Source: an uncultured virus (IMG/VR IMGVR_UViG_3300031227_016742)
Lineage: Duplodnaviria; Heunggongvirae; Uroviricota; Caudoviricetes
Length of the DNA: 64,000 nt
Virus record (IMG/VR): IMGVR_UViG_3300031227_016742
Direction: 5' to 3' (one strand)
Both the position numbers and the translations under genes were made by a program. How positions within the stretch are numbered: position 1 is the stretch's first letter; each line of letters opens with the position of its first letter. Positions 63,453 to 64,000 of the stretch are shown here, piece by piece. Under the pieces are notes generated by a model that saw only the letters and a program-made list of their open reading frames with translations, made no database searches and was not told the origin of the DNA.

Positions 63453-63496
63453 GTCGGAAGTCGGAAGTCGGAGGTCGGATACCGAGCGAGCGAAGC
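63453..63496 (+). repeat. Heptamer element (GTCGGAD x4) with GCGAAGC, in 5' leader
   Basis: Tract 63453-63480, GC-GAA-GC at 63490-63496. Confidence 0.85.
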
Positions 63497-63506
63497 GAGC
63501 GCACCC

Positions 63507-64000
63507 ATGGGCGGCAGAAGCTACAGCAGCATCCTCACCGTTGGCGACATCGACATCTACCAGGTGAGCGCCAACCCCAACGGGACGCTGCCCGGTCGTG
63601 CCGGCTCCATGGCCGTCCGCAACGGCGTGACCCCGCGCTACTACCAGAACACCGACGGTGCGATGGCATGGGTGCCCATCGCGCAACGGCCCGGGCAGAC
63701 CATTGTCGTAGCCAAGAGCGGAGGCGACTACGACACCATCGAGGCCGGCGTGGCTGCTGCCAACGCCAGCCCTGACAACATGCTCGTCACGGTCTGCCCT
63801 GGAGACTACATCGAGAACAACCCCATCACGGTGGGGACGCACGTCACCGTCTCCTGCCCCGCCGCGCATGAGCAGACCAGGATGTTCTGCGCGAACACCG
63901 GAGCGGGCCAACATGGTGTGATCTGGGGGATCGACACCGAAGGGTTCGGGCTGCAGGTGCGAGGTGCGAGCGGCGCCGGGGCCGCTGGCCACTACTGGGG
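63507..64000 (+). CDS. Tailspike/pectin-lyase-like protein, N-terminal part (partial; not in the ORF track)
   Basis: Hand translation MGGRSYSSIL...NPNG...GS....YQNTDG..AW...VAKSGGDYDTIEAGVAAA...VTVCPGDYIE (beta-helix cap motif). Confidence 0.7.
   Translation, partial: MGGRSYSSILTVGDIDIYQVSANPNGTLPGRAGSMAVRNGVTPRYYQNTDGAMAWVPIAQRPGQTIVVAKSGGDYDTIEAGVAAANASPDNMLVTVCPGDYIENNPITVGTHVTVSCPAAHEQTRMFCANTGAGQHGVIWGIDTEGFGLQVRGASGAGAAGHYW

Noticed and set aside
1..64000. TAG or TGA codon reassignment
   Set aside because: Many genes end at TAG or TGA directly followed by the next RBS/start or a hairpin; long genes are intact in code 11.
1..64000. Visually frequent CTCGAG and TCGA
   Set aside because: Largely Leu-Glu and Ile/Val-Asp/Glu codon pairs in high-GC genes; enrichment cannot be established without a codon-aware count.
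1..64000. Diversity-generating retroelement, retron or IS element
   Set aside because: No reverse transcriptase or transposase motifs and no TR/VR-like repeat pair in the window.

Overview
High-GC (visually ~65%) window that reads as part of a large phage or phage-like element, probably of a Myxococcota host. Host cues are an RCC1/DxDGDG lipoprotein, a GYF_2-like domain and an AglR/TolQ-like protein. There are about 100 tightly packed, mostly minus-strand, mostly hypothetical genes. Recognisable products: SF2 helicase, radical SAM enzyme, RNA-ligase-like nucleotidyltransferase, metallophosphoesterase, acyl-CoA thioesterase, Gp88-like protein, three tandem PcfJ-like paralogues, two ADP-ribosyltransferase-like domains, a phosphodiester glycosidase, two virion/tailspike-like plus-strand genes and an initiator-type tRNA-Met. 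The non-coding DNA is the most unusual part. (1) A ~320-nt intergenic segment (7804-8126) has four long interlocking helices and lies directly 3' of a DIP1984-like coiled-coil gene, a candidate protein + large ncRNA system. (2) Fifteen heptamer tracts (GYNGNNR)n, mostly capped by triloop (often C-GAA-G) mini-hairpins, sit mainly right after stop codons. (3) Seventeen copies of a 17-bp palindrome TGCYAC-N5-GTRGCA are mostly embedded in sigma70-like promoters, several apparently leaderless. Family assignments come from motif recognition only; no searches were run.
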